Assembly (NCBI GenBank): GCA_013265495.1
Contig: MU058213.1
Coordinates: forward strand, 3,162,001 to 3,226,000
DNA length: 64,000 nucleotides
From: Vicugna vicugna
Lineage: Eukaryota
Direction of reading: 5' to 3'
Part shown: in pieces, positions 1 to 11,227 of the stretch
Numbering within the stretch: the stretch's first letter is position 1
Layout: each line of letters begins with the position of its first letter
Notes under the pieces: model-generated
What the model was told of the DNA's origin: nothing
What the model saw: the letters and a program-made list of their open reading frames with translations, nothing else
The model's database searches: none
Position numbers and translations under genes: made by a program

Positions 1-1891
1 TCCTCCTATACATTCTTCCATTCTAGAATTAAACCACACTTTTTCATGTAAACAGTGAAACTGAGTTGAACAGCTTTCCCAAGGAGTATTTAAAAATGAA
101 AAGGTTAGCTCAGAAATAGCTCTAACTGCTAAAACTTAACAGATTTTTTTTCTTAACATTGAGTTTTCTAATAATTCTTGCCAAAACCAGGATACACAGG
201 GGGTCAGTAATGAAGAACCCCCCCACCCCCGCCCCGATTTTCCCATACTCTCTATTGCCATGAACCTTACTTACCTTGGTGAGAAGGAACTCGTCAGTCA
301 CTGCTGAAGAATACAGATTGCCACACTAAATATCCAAGACTTAAAAACTGATTATTTATGTCAAGATAAATAATATATGATGATCAGGAGATATGGCTGA
401 GTAAACAATGAGCCAATTCATAAAGGGCCTTCTAATATACTAATTTTTTTTAGATTTTTATCCTGGGGAGTAGTCAATTAGGACATAATGGATTTAAAAA
501 AACACTTTTAAAACAGCAGTCTGATGAGAATGATTTGATTAGGACCTAGTGTATTTTTTACTATAAAAATAATGGTAAAAAAACCCATCACTGTCATCCT
601 CTAATCATCCAGCCCAAGCCCTCAGAGGTGATAATTATCTCTTTTTTATAAATTCTCCCAGAAATTTTCTATATACCCACTTTTAAGTATCTTTTTGTAG
701 ACTCAGATTAACAGGAGCAAATTAAATATTCTGGGATGTTACTTGCACTGAATTAGCAAGGGCTACTTTGTGAAATGAAGGAGCCTGTATTGTGACAAGG
801 AGTCACCAGGGTTCATACTGAGTCCTTGTTCTCAAGAAAATTACATGAGAGAATGAAAGATTTCCGTAAGTCATTTATATGACAGATAGAAAACTTGTGT
901 TCCCAGAATCTTAAGTAATTTGGGAGGCAGGGTGTCTGGTATTTCAAGTTCCGTAATGCTTAATTACATTACTTAACGTGGCAGTGACTATCACTTTCTG
1001 AAGCTAGCTCACTTTAGTGGGGGGATCCTCTCAGTGAGAACTGCATATCCACATTATTTGTATGCAGAATTAAGTGGACTTACTGGATGGCAGCTACTAG
1101 GATCTTACTCACTGCCTCTTTTAAATATTAAAGAAACCATTCTGTTTCCTCATAAGAAAACTATGGATTCTAGGTGTCTGTTGTGGCTCAGTTCAGCATT
1201 GACCCTATAATGTATCTTTCCACCTCTCTTTAGCAACTACAGTTTCTGAAATCCCTTTGGGAAACTTCACTGTCAGATGGTTTGAAAAACCTCAGTCTTC
1301 AAATTTAAGAGTATTCAAGTCTTCTTTCTCTTCCCAGTGTTTTCTTTATATTATTTCTCCAAATAATATGGAGATTTAATTTAATTCTCACTAGAAGGAT
1401 CAGGCCTAAAATGAGCAACCAGCTTCAGAAAGTGAAAATCACCATGAAGTAAGGTAAGCATTACCTAACTTGAAAGACCCCTTCTGTATCAGTCATCCAT
1501 ACACTTGGATCCCTACTGCTATAGTTCTGATAAAACATTCAATGAACATTTAGTGAAGAAATAAATTATAAGTCATCTGCCTCATAGATGCCCACACTTA
1601 AGTCAATATTCCTGAGAGCAAGTTGTCTTCCAGGGGTGTTACCCTTCAACGTAGCTTTTTGTAACTTGAGCCCACTGGTTTTAGTTTTTGCAGTCAACCA
1701 AAGGAAGCATTTCACTTTTACATTGTACTTGCTGGTCTGTTATAGCTGTATCTGGAATTACAGGGATGTTGGAACTTTCGGAATCCTAGTTCAGTTCTAA
1801 TAAACCCAAGTTCCCCATTTTACTATTTCAAACATCTTACAAAGTTAGATTTAAGTTTTAAATGTAGGCTTGGTTTTCCTGATCTGGCTAC

Positions 1892-2041
1892 TTTTTTTTT
1901 TTCCTTATTTTTTTTTTCCTTTTTTAGTGGGGAACGTAATTAGGTTTTTATTTACTTATTTTTAATGGAGGTACTGGGGATGGAACCCAGGACCTTGTGC
2001 ATGGTAGGCACGCGGTCTACCACTGAGCTATACCTTCCCTC
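1892..2041 (-). mobile_element. tRNA-derived SINE, camelid Vic-1-like
   Basis: The minus strand reads GGGAAGGTATAGCTCAGTGGTAGA (A box) ... GGTTCCATCCCCAGTACCTCC (B box-like), followed by an A-rich tail. It is flanked by a CTGGCTAC direct repeat (1884-1891 and 2042-2049). Family assigned from memory of the camelid consensus. Confidence 0.85.
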
Positions 2042-3329
2042 CTGGCTACATTTTTTTGTTTAATCACAGCACTTCTCAGAATATTCTTTGGTTAAGAGCT
2101 TTTTCAAGTAGTACTAGGTAAAATGAATATGTGATAGTCCAACTACTGAATGAATGAACTGTAGGTAATGTTATCTAAAATAGTCATAAAAGATATTTTG
2201 GGTAAAAACTAAATTAAAATGAAATAAATAAAATATTCATAAAGGAACAAAATTGAGCATCTAAGATTCTTTCCCAGATTTGATTTTAACTATCAAGTGG
2301 GAGGTATCAGACGTCTTAGAATAGATGAAGTTATTATTCAGTCCATTTATAATATTCAGAGCAATTAACAGTGATAAAAGAGAACTATAAAGGCACCACA
2401 GCTAATTAAGAATATTAAAGTATACAAGAAAAGGTATCTTCAGTTTTTCCAAAACTTAATGTTAATACTGTGTTTTTCAGTTTTGGGGTTTTTTTGTAGC
2501 AAGGGTTTTTGTAAGAAGGATAAACAGAATGAGTATCTTCAGTTAGTGACAAATACTAGATGTGATTCAAATGAATCACAGGTCTTGATTTATTCCTATT
2601 TTTCTTTTGAAACTTAATTAGTTACGTAGTTAAATGGGAACAGTTCAAAATTAATTTCATTCATGTTTAATTGCTTTTAGTGGTTAAGCCCAGCTAGGAT
2701 AGCTGATAGCAGATAGATAATGGTCATGAAAAACAGTGCCTTGGCCCCAGTGAGAACTGGTGCTAAAACTTTAGGCAGGCCAGACTGGATCCTGCATACC
2801 CAGATTCCAAAAGAACTATTATCTAGTTTCATGGAGACAGTGCATGTATAACGTGAACAAAATGTCAAAGAAGTTTACTGACAAGCTTATCTTTTCCAGT
2901 GGAAAGGCCTATTATTACACAGTATTTTTAAAAGACCCTAATGTGCTCATTATCGGCTGCTGTTGGAGAGCAGGACCATGGGATGGGGACAGGGACTTTT
3001 TATTTACCTTTATGTTTGTTCTACTTGTTTTACTTTTGTTTGCCACATACAAGAATTTACTTTTACAAATTAAAAAAGAAAAATTATTCAGCATCTCCAA
3101 ACTGCCCAACACTACAGTGAAAGGGGGAAAAAAAAAAGACATAAATCCTCTTCTTACAGAACGAATCTATGCCACCACTCATATACTGACCACGGAAAAC
3201 CTCCCAGGAGCCCAGTGGTGTATACTTCTAAGAGGATATTCTGTTATGCCTCCTTCAGAATTACCAAGACTTATATGTACACAATCCATTGCTAGTACTT
3301 GGGAGATTAAAGAGATAGGTAAATGGAAA

Positions 3330-3520
3330 TAAAAGTCTATTTAGCAACTACTATGTACCAGGACAGGCACTGGATGTACATTTTTTCTAATACTTGGGTA
3401 CTCTTATCCAATTTACAGATGGGGAAACTAATGCTCAGCAAAGTAAATCAACTTATGCCAGAGCTAGAATTCAAATCTGGGTCTGCTGGACTCCCTAGCC
3501 ATAAATTTTCCACTATACCC
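3330..3520 (-). mobile_element. MIR SINE fragment
   Basis: MIR core-like CCAATTTACAGATGGGGAAACTAATGCTCAG...GAATTCAAATCTGGGTCTG; boundaries approximate. Confidence 0.6.
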
Positions 3521-3757
3521 CAATTCCTTTTTCTAGGAAAAAGGTCAAGACTTGGAATGACAATGGACAATGATAGTGAATGGTCAGAGAAATTAGAGAT
3601 GTCCTACTGCTTATTTCTTGTTTGTCCATTACAGAATGACAGCTTGTGCCACACTTCCATGAAAGATTACAGATATATGTGCAGTTAACATTTGCTTAAC
3701 TATAAGCAAACAAAAGATTGCCAGTGTGAACGATTCAACTTGTCTATCTTTATATAG

Positions 3758-3971
3758 GGTACTCGCTAAACCACCTGAAAACATGGAAAAAACCAGCTAT
3801 AAGTTTCCTGTTTTTATCCAATATGCTCCTCGCCCTCTATACTGGTTTAGTTCATCAACGAGGTACTCTTGATGTCATGACTAACATTCAGGAACTCTGT
3901 TACAACAATCCAAATGTATCTTCAGCTTCAGTGTTCATAATGATGCCGTGTCACTCTACTCCTTATTACAG
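3758..3971 (+). CDS. PIGB: PIGB (GPI mannosyltransferase 3), third-last coding exon
   Basis: tatatag| acceptor and |gtaat donor. Translates (G)[71 protein letters not shown], including the conserved MPCHSTP motif of PIGB/Gpi10. Confidence 0.97.
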
Positions 3972-5831
3972 GTAATAAAATTTGTTCACTACATGCTATT
4001 ATTAACAAAATGAAACTACTTTAAAATTCCATTCGGATTCCTGGATTGAAATTAACTGATCAGATGATATATAATCTATATAAGAAATTTGAAACTCCTA
4101 TTCATACTGATTTATAATGAATTTTAAAAGCCGTTTGATCTGTGTCAGTGAAAATCATACATCACTTATTAACTTACTTAAATATTCTTTTTTCAAAATA
4201 CAACTTAATCTGATTTAAATGTAGTCTAAAATATTATAGTTATTTGATGGTATTCTTAGTAAAGAAATTCAGTTATCATTGATCTTACTATAAATCTTTG
4301 TGATATCTCAAAATACTGGATTCAAGTCCAGATTTACTGCTAGACTGGTGTCCTAGTCTTAAACCAGTCTTTTTAATCTCTTTGGATATCAGCTGTCTTG
4401 CCTGTAAAAATTAGGGAATTCAATTAGATGATATCCCAATGCTTGGATTAAGCATTTCTGGGAAGTAACACTAAAACTACCTTAATTATGTAGAACACTT
4501 CAAAAGACATCATTGAACCTATGCTTGTATTTCAGGAAGCTGTATTACTTTACCAAAATTGCCCAATAATAGTAAAAGGTCACAGCAAACAGCTTTCCTT
4601 TAAAAAAAATTCTATACCTATTTAACTTGATCTGGCTTTAAACAATCTGAAGTCTGTTTTCCATATGCACATTCAGTCAACTTAGTATCAAAGCTGGTAT
4701 CAGTTTAAGGTAATTTAACACTTTTGGAATACTCTACTTAACTGAATCAGTAATGTCAATTATTAGTACACAACTTGGAAAACTGGGATTGCCTGGCAGA
4801 AGCCACAGGTTAGGGGGTGTGTAAGACCCCGAGAATCCCTTTAAATTGAGGATCCCATTCTACATAAAAAATGACTAGAGCTAAAGAGAGACATCCACCT
4901 CCCTCCATGCTCACAGTAGTGGTAACACTCACACAACAGGAATTCAAGAGGTACCAAGAGTCTCTCCATAGAGCACCAAAAGAAAAGTCTGATCCCTAAT
5001 TTGGAATGGCTGGCAGCTTTTTCTCGGTTGTTTCTGCTTTCGCCTTGAAGCAAGACCTTCATCTAAAATTGTGAAAGTCATGAAGTATTAGGTCTTGTGT
5101 AAATTTACTTTGTATGCATTTCATAGATAAAAATAAACTTTGATCACATATTTCTTCAATTTTCCTTAGGCAAAGTTATACCCATGGCTTTAGTTGTTAT
5201 GATTCATCAATCCATGTTTTTTACACTTTAGTCTTTCTGTGCCACAATAAAACCATTACTTATTTGGATGTTAGTAATCAGTAAACTTAGGTCACTCTCT
5301 ATTATTAAATCTTACTTATATAAGTATGTAAGAACAACAAAAAAAAATAGGAAAAACTTGTCATTTAAGGATGTGATCCATCCCCTTTCAGAACAGAAAG
5401 GGAAAAAGAATGAAGAATCCTTTCTGGTTCATGACCAGTTTTCTACCTTGCTGAATAGTACTCTCTTACTAACAAGTAACCTACTGGGTCCCAAAGGACC
5501 ATCCCATCCCTGGAAGAGCATACCAGTATTAGAGAATACTGAGTCCCACACGCTGCTGACGCACTTCCCTCCTGCAGTGGACTTTCACTCTTTATTCTAG
5601 ACTTGTAGCTTACGACTGCACAGCTACCTGGTGTGAGAACCATATTCACCATTTTTGAGAAAACTAATTGCATTAAAGATGTGCTTTCTCACTTTAACTG
5701 GAACTCAATTTAGATTCAGATTTCACATTTTGTTATGTGATCATGATACATATTAAGAGTAATTTGAAAACTGTCATGAAATTGGTTTTAATTTCTTGTA
5801 ACTATAATAGTAACTACCTTTCTTTTCATAG

Positions 5832-6012
5832 CCATGTCCACTACCCACTTCCAATGAGGTTTCTCCAATGTCCCCCAGACCTGAGTGGAAAAAGTGATTA
5901 TCTTACTGAAGCAGATATATTTTATCTAAATCCCTTAAAGTGGTTGTATAGAGAGTTTCACAATGATTCAACACTGCCTACTCACTTGATCATCTTCAGC
6001 GTTTTGGAAGAG
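5832..6012 (+). CDS. PIGB: PIGB penultimate coding exon
   Basis: ttttcatag| acceptor and GAG|gtaaag donor. Translates [60 protein letters not shown]; phase matches both neighbouring exons. Confidence 0.97.
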
Positions 6013-6311
6013 GTAAAGGAACATGAAAAAAAGGTAAAACGCGGTATTTTTATTTCACCTCAGGTTTAGCAAACACTCAGGTAAACAGACATCATCACTT
6101 TGTTACGGTCCCTTTCAACCTGTATTTTATGACTGGTCTTTTCCCTAGTCAAAAGCAGCCAAGTTCTGTAACTATCAAGGAATATGTGTTGCTTACTATG
6201 ACTTAATTCTTTTATTAAGAAATTGTACTGTTTTATTAAGAAAAAAGTCATAGATGAACAAACAGAACAGAATTCTAAAATTCTTGAAACAGTACTCAGT
6301 GAAATGTAGCC

Positions 6312-6332
6312 TTTATTTCTTAAATATTTATT
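6312..6332 (-). terminator. CCPG1: Candidate CCPG1 distal poly(A) signals (two AATAAA on the minus strand)
   Basis: TTTATT at 6312-6317 and 6327-6332 on +, about 1 kb downstream of the CCPG1 stop. A more proximal TTTATT lies at 6727-6732. Confidence 0.55.
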
Positions 6333-6341
6333 TACTTCTAG

Positions 6342-6473
6342 GAAATAAGTCCTTTTCTAATTTCAAGTAACTATGAGAGAACTGCGGTTTGCTTCCACAC
6401 TCACTTGCCGGAGGATCGAACTGGAAGTCACATATACGTCTATGAACGGAAGTTAAAAGGGAAACTCAACTAA
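6342..6473 (+). CDS. PIGB: PIGB last coding exon
   Basis: tttacttctag| acceptor. Translates [43 protein letters not shown], with TAA at 6471-6473. Confidence 0.96.
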   Translation, partial: EISPFLISSNYERTAVCFHTHLPEDRTGSHIYVYERKLKGKLN

Positions 6474-6693
6474 AGATGAAATTCTGAACTGTTTAGATCT
6501 TTCTCAGACAAATAGGCAATGCTAAAGCAGGAATATTCAGATGCTGCCTAAATATGCTCGTAAATACTGGGTAAGATTCATGGAACCAGCAAAAAACCAC
6601 TGTGAACTGCTTTACCAAACACCACTACTAAGGAAATGTATGAAAAAAATCACAAAATATAAAATTATGTTATTAATACAATGCCAGATTTTA

Positions 6694-6699
6694 AATAAA
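6694..6699 (+). terminator. PIGB: Candidate PIGB poly(A) signal
   Basis: First AATAAA after the PIGB stop, followed by a T/GT-rich tract. A second AATAAA lies at 7044-7049. Confidence 0.65.
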
Positions 6700-7287
6700 G
6701 ACCTTTAGTTTTCCTCATGGTGTAGTTTTATTGTTTCTTCCACAATATTCAGATGTGCAAGAAATTTCACAAGAGAACAAGTCAGCAAGCTCATAAGGCA
6801 GCAAATTCTTCACAAGTCAACGGGCTCTTGAACCCACAAAAAGACAAGAAGCAAGTGTAAGATTATAAAATGTTAAAGATGAAATTCCATCACAATGTAC
6901 TTTTTTCAAGCTCTACTGCAAATTTAACACAAATATCAGTGTTAATTACACTTTGTCATGTATAATTTGAGCTTGCTTTAAGCTCATATACTGAAAGGAA
7001 GTCTCATTTCATGCACAAAATCTGTTGCATGCCTGGCTTCCTTAATAAAACTACAGTTGAACATTTTCAGTGCCAAAAAAAATTCAGCAAAGCTAAACTA
7101 CAAGAAAATGCAAGTTAGTAAGCTTTTGCTTGATGCTTCTGAGTAATAATACAAAGTCATCAAACTGATATTTAGCCATGATAAAAAGACATTGTTATCT
7201 TGATAATTTCATCTTAGTTTCAACACCAAATACTGTAGAAAGCATCCATGTTTGTTACAGTTTTCTAATTTAACTTAATTGTGATGG

Positions 7288-7474
7288 TCAATATTTAGGA
7301 TCAAAAGGTAACTGCCCCAATTCTATTTCAAGGCTTGCCATGTGTCTTCCATTAGTGCGACCATATTTATGCCATTTACCTTCCCTTTTATAAGGTGGCT
7401 GAGGTTGCTTCTGCTCTTGTTTTCGATGCCTGGAGCTTTCAGTATTTACCATACGTTGCTTTTTATCTGGTCGA
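7288..7474 (-). CDS. CCPG1: CCPG1 terminal coding exon (exon 9, long isoform)
   Basis: actgctttcag| acceptor. Translates (S)[61 protein letters not shown]; phase 2 matches the donor at 9819. Confidence 0.96.
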
Positions 7475-7789
7475 CTGAAAGCAGTAAACACATTTTTCAT
7501 CTATGTTAGAGTTAAATTTATTTAAACAAGAAACAATTTTAATGTTTTTCTCCATTAATCTATTATTTGAACACTGAAAAAGGATGTTAATCTGAAGTAT
7601 AATCCTAGTATAACCATACCAAAAAGATTCAGTGAGTATTATACTTTTTATCCTATAGAAAGAAGAAATAACTGCTGGCAAAGAGGAGAAACGCTCAACA
7701 GATAAAGAATAGAAATGTGACAATAAAATAATGAGATGTGTTTCCTTTATTTTTTCCTCCTTTCCTATAAAAATTAATCCCCCTCAGTG

Positions 7790-8890
7790 GCTTCATCCCT
7801 CATCAGGAATATGTACATCTGTTACAAACAAAACAAAGTCTCTTTTGTTCTTACAGCTAAGGCTTATGAACAATATCTACACTTACTCTTCTCCTCAATC
7901 TCTATAATTTTGTCACTACTTCACTAAAACAGTACAAAATGCCATCCATGGCCATCCAATTCCCCAGGCAAGAAGTCCAGTCTTTTCCATTTTTTTTAAA
8001 AGCATTTAATTGTGAAATACTCCTTTTACTTGGGGTGATCTTTGGTTTTCATGAAGCCACTCTGGTTGTCATTCTTAGCCTTCTTTCTCCACAACCCCTT
8101 AGATGCTGGTGTTCCCTGGAGTCACATAAATACCTCCAGCCTAGACTATCTACACATACACACAGTCTGGGCTAGAGAGAGTCATATAACCAATAGCCAA
8201 TTAATTCTCTCTACTTGTATGTCAACAGGTACCTCCAAAAACAATTCTCATTTCCAATTCCCCTTACCCCAACCCTCCCAGTATTTCCTTACCATAGTGA
8301 TATCACTGTCCAACTAATGACCAACTCAGAAATGTGAAAGTCACTGTTACTGCCTACCTCTCTTTCACCAGAAATACTGACAATTTTACTTACTATACAT
8401 TGTTCAAATTGGTCTCCTTTCCACTCCTGCTACTGTCTTAGTTCAGCTCCCATCAGCTCATGTCTAATTGTTTCAAAGACCACCTTCTAGCATCTAGCTT
8501 CACCCTTTCCAACAAATACTTCAAGCTGCCGCCAGTGACCTTTATCTCCTTAAGATACCAGGTCTTCACATCTCCAAATCTGTGCAAATCAAGTTCCCTC
8601 TGAGTGGAATGTCCTACCCCATCTGCTTGGTAAAATCTCTTTTCTTCTTTAAAGCTAGTTTAAAAAAGATGTTCAGTTTAAAGGCCATCTCACTCATGAA
8701 GCCTTCCCAAACATCTCCAGAATGAGTCCACCATACATGTATGCCTTCACATCTTCATTGCATTTCTTATATTTGCCTAATTCTCCAAAAGCTTGTGAGC
8801 TCCCTGACAGCAAGAATTTTTCATTTGTTTCCTCAGAGCAGCCTCACAGTGCTTTGCATGTTATAGGCCATATATATATTTTAATGACTA
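7790..8890 (+). mobile_element. Degenerate L2 LINE 3' region
   Basis: L2-like pyrimidine-rich segments ending in GCTTGTGAGCTCCCTGACAGCAAG...CACAGTGCTTTGCATGTTATAGGC; boundaries approximate. Confidence 0.55.
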
Positions 8891-9533
8891 AAGACACCAG
8901 AATCAGTCTCATTATTTTATAGACACATTACATTTATTTGAAAAGATATATATAAAACTATCTCAAAGGTAAAAAATAATGCTATCATTTGAAGGTTAGC
9001 AAGTTCATGTTACAGAATATAAAGCTGATAAGCAATGGATACAAAGTTATTTTTAGAAGTTATATATAAAGCACACACATTAGAACCTGTGGCTTGCTAA
9101 GTTTGTTCTTTGATCATGCCTCTACCTTCACCAACAATAATTTTATAACTGCATTAAATATCATAATTTAGTTGGTAAGCAGAACAAATAAGTGGGACAT
9201 CTGAATTGCTGTATATGAGCTCTTCTGATTTCAGAGTGAAATTTGTATTTTTCACTCCTACCTTCCCAAAGTGAGTAAATAAATAAAAGATTAAAGGAAA
9301 ATAATTTCACTTAAGGTAATTATCTTTTCATATAAACTATAATGAAAAGAAATGAAATAGGCTAAAATAGGATTTATATATCCTTAACTAATTTTTAAGG
9401 TAGAAATTAAACCATTTGCTCAAGTCAAATTGACTGTATGAAAATTGGAGTATGTAATAGATTTTAATTTAAAATGTTATCTTTCAATTTAATTTATCCT
9501 AAATTACCTTACAATAAAGTACTTTTACAAATA

Positions 9534-9722
9534 CAGCTGACCCTTGAACAATGTGGGTTTGAACTGCGTGGGTCTACTTATACATGGGTATTTTTCAATA
9601 GTAAATACTTCAGTACAACAGGGTCTGTGGCTGGCTGAATTCAGAGATGCCGAACTGCAGATGCTGAGGGCCGACTATAGGTTATACACAGATTAACCCT
9701 CATGTTGTTTAAGGGTCAACTG
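9534..9722. mobile_element. Tigger2/MER8-type TcMar MITE
   Basis: Terminal inverted repeats CAGCTGACCCTTGAACAA ... TTGTTTAAGGGTCAACTG, flanked by TA on both sides (9532-9533, 9723-9724). Confidence 0.85.
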
Positions 9723-9778
9723 TAGTAACATTCTAAGAAACTTATCAAATGAGAAAAATGCTATCCAATCTATAAACG

Positions 9779-9818
9779 TTAAAAACTATTATAGTAACAT
9801 GGTGCTATGTAAACCGAC
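9779..9818 (-). CDS. CCPG1: CCPG1 alternative C-terminus by read-through of the exon 8 donor (short isoform, ...[18 protein letters not shown])
   Basis: The ORF continues past the gtcggt donor to TAA at 9781-9779. It matches the alternative C-terminus I recall for the shorter human isoform; total 761 aa here. Confidence 0.8.
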
Positions 9819-11227
9819 CTGGGTCCATATGGAGGGGAAAAGGTGTGACCAAAGAAGTGTCTATATATATATCCATCCAACTTCTCAAACACTCCATCAT
9901 TATCTACTTGATATTCCTTCATGTCTTTAAGGTAATCTTTAACATCATTAACAAAGTCAGTGAAGAGCTTCTGATCATGTATAAAGACACCATTTAGGAA
10001 AAACTTATTGATGAAGTGATCAAGTTCTTTCCAATGATGAAAACCATCCAGTCTTTCTAATAAATACCTTTCAATTAACGGTCTAAATTCATCTATCCTT
10101 ACAGGAGTCAACACTTTAACATTAAAAAGGTTAATGGATTCTTGCTGCGCACATTCAAACACACCAGAACAAGCCTTTCTGAAAGAATTATGATTTACAC
10201 CACAGTCATGTTCAGTACTGCATTTCTGTGAATTTTTTTTTTTCCCAAATTCTTCAAAGTGAGGCTTTTCTTTCCTTCCCTCTCTTTGCATAGTAGGGCC
10301 TCCACTATTCTGGCTGTGTGTACGTGCCTTATACTGTGGATGTAAATACTCACTAAAAACGGTTTTTGGTTTTTTAGCTGCTGCTTCTTTTGTAGTACCA
10401 AATCTTTTATTGCCTTTTTCATCAAAGATATTCTTGGTGGTATCTTTGAAATGCCTGAAAGTGGATTTAACTGAATCTGAGAATTTTTTCAGATTTTCTT
10501 TCACAGCTTCTTTAGCCTGTTTAATTTTTTCTTTATGATGCCTCACAAACTCCTTGGTAGAATTCTTCATGGCATCAAACGTTTCCTTAACGGAACCCAA
10601 AAATGTTTCCTTTGACTTATTTTTAGCTCTGTGGTTTCCTCTGTTCCCTTTCTTTTTTCCATCACTTTCTTGTTTTCCATTTTGATCTTTTGCTTCAATA
10701 TACAGTCTTTCCCACAAGTCAGAACGCTGCTGTTCAAAGTTTAGCTTGCGCTCCAGCTCAGTGAGTCTTTCCCGTAACATTTCTATTTCCTTTTTTTCAT
10801 TCGCTATACTGGGAGAGTCTGGGTTGTCATATGCCTGACTAGAACTTAGCTGCTGGAGTTCCACCTTTAAAGCCATGGTTACCAGTCGTTCTCTTTCCAG
10901 TTCCCTCCTTAACGTCTTTGCTTCTGCCAAGAGAGTCTCCCTTTGATTAAGGAAGCTGTGTGTTTTCAGCTTTTCTTCTTCCAAATGCTGCTTAAGTTTC
11001 TGATTCTCTGTAACTAATTCAGCACTTGTCCCCTTATCTTCCAATATCCTAATCTGTTCTCTTAGTTTCCTTAACTCTTCCTGTAATGAAGATAAAGCTT
11101 TTTCTTCCTTCTCCAGAGATATTCTTAGATACTGATTTTCTGAATCAAGGTTCTTTTTCTGAGTCTCAAAGGACATCTTCTCTGTTTCAGTAAGCGTCCA
11201 ACACCTTGCAAGGTTTTCCTTCAATGA
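9819..11227 (-). CDS. CCPG1: CCPG1 exon 8 (large luminal coiled-coil exon, 1409 bp)
   Basis: tttag|TCATTGAAG acceptor and CCCAG|gtcggt donor. Covers the 481-aa [20 protein letters not shown]...HTFSPPYGP. Confidence 0.98.

Noticed and set aside
1892..2041. tRNA-like A and B boxes
   Set aside because: Part of a SINE with a tail and target-site duplication, not a tRNA gene.
2844..3332. 162-aa plus-strand ORF in the PIGB intron
   Set aside because: It has a non-ATG start, no recognisable homology, runs through homopolymer tracts and is not needed for the PIGB frame; most likely a chance ORF.
10195..10425. 76-aa alternative-frame ORF inside CCPG1 exon 8
   Set aside because: Shadow frame of a purine-rich coding exon, with no independent start or splice evidence.
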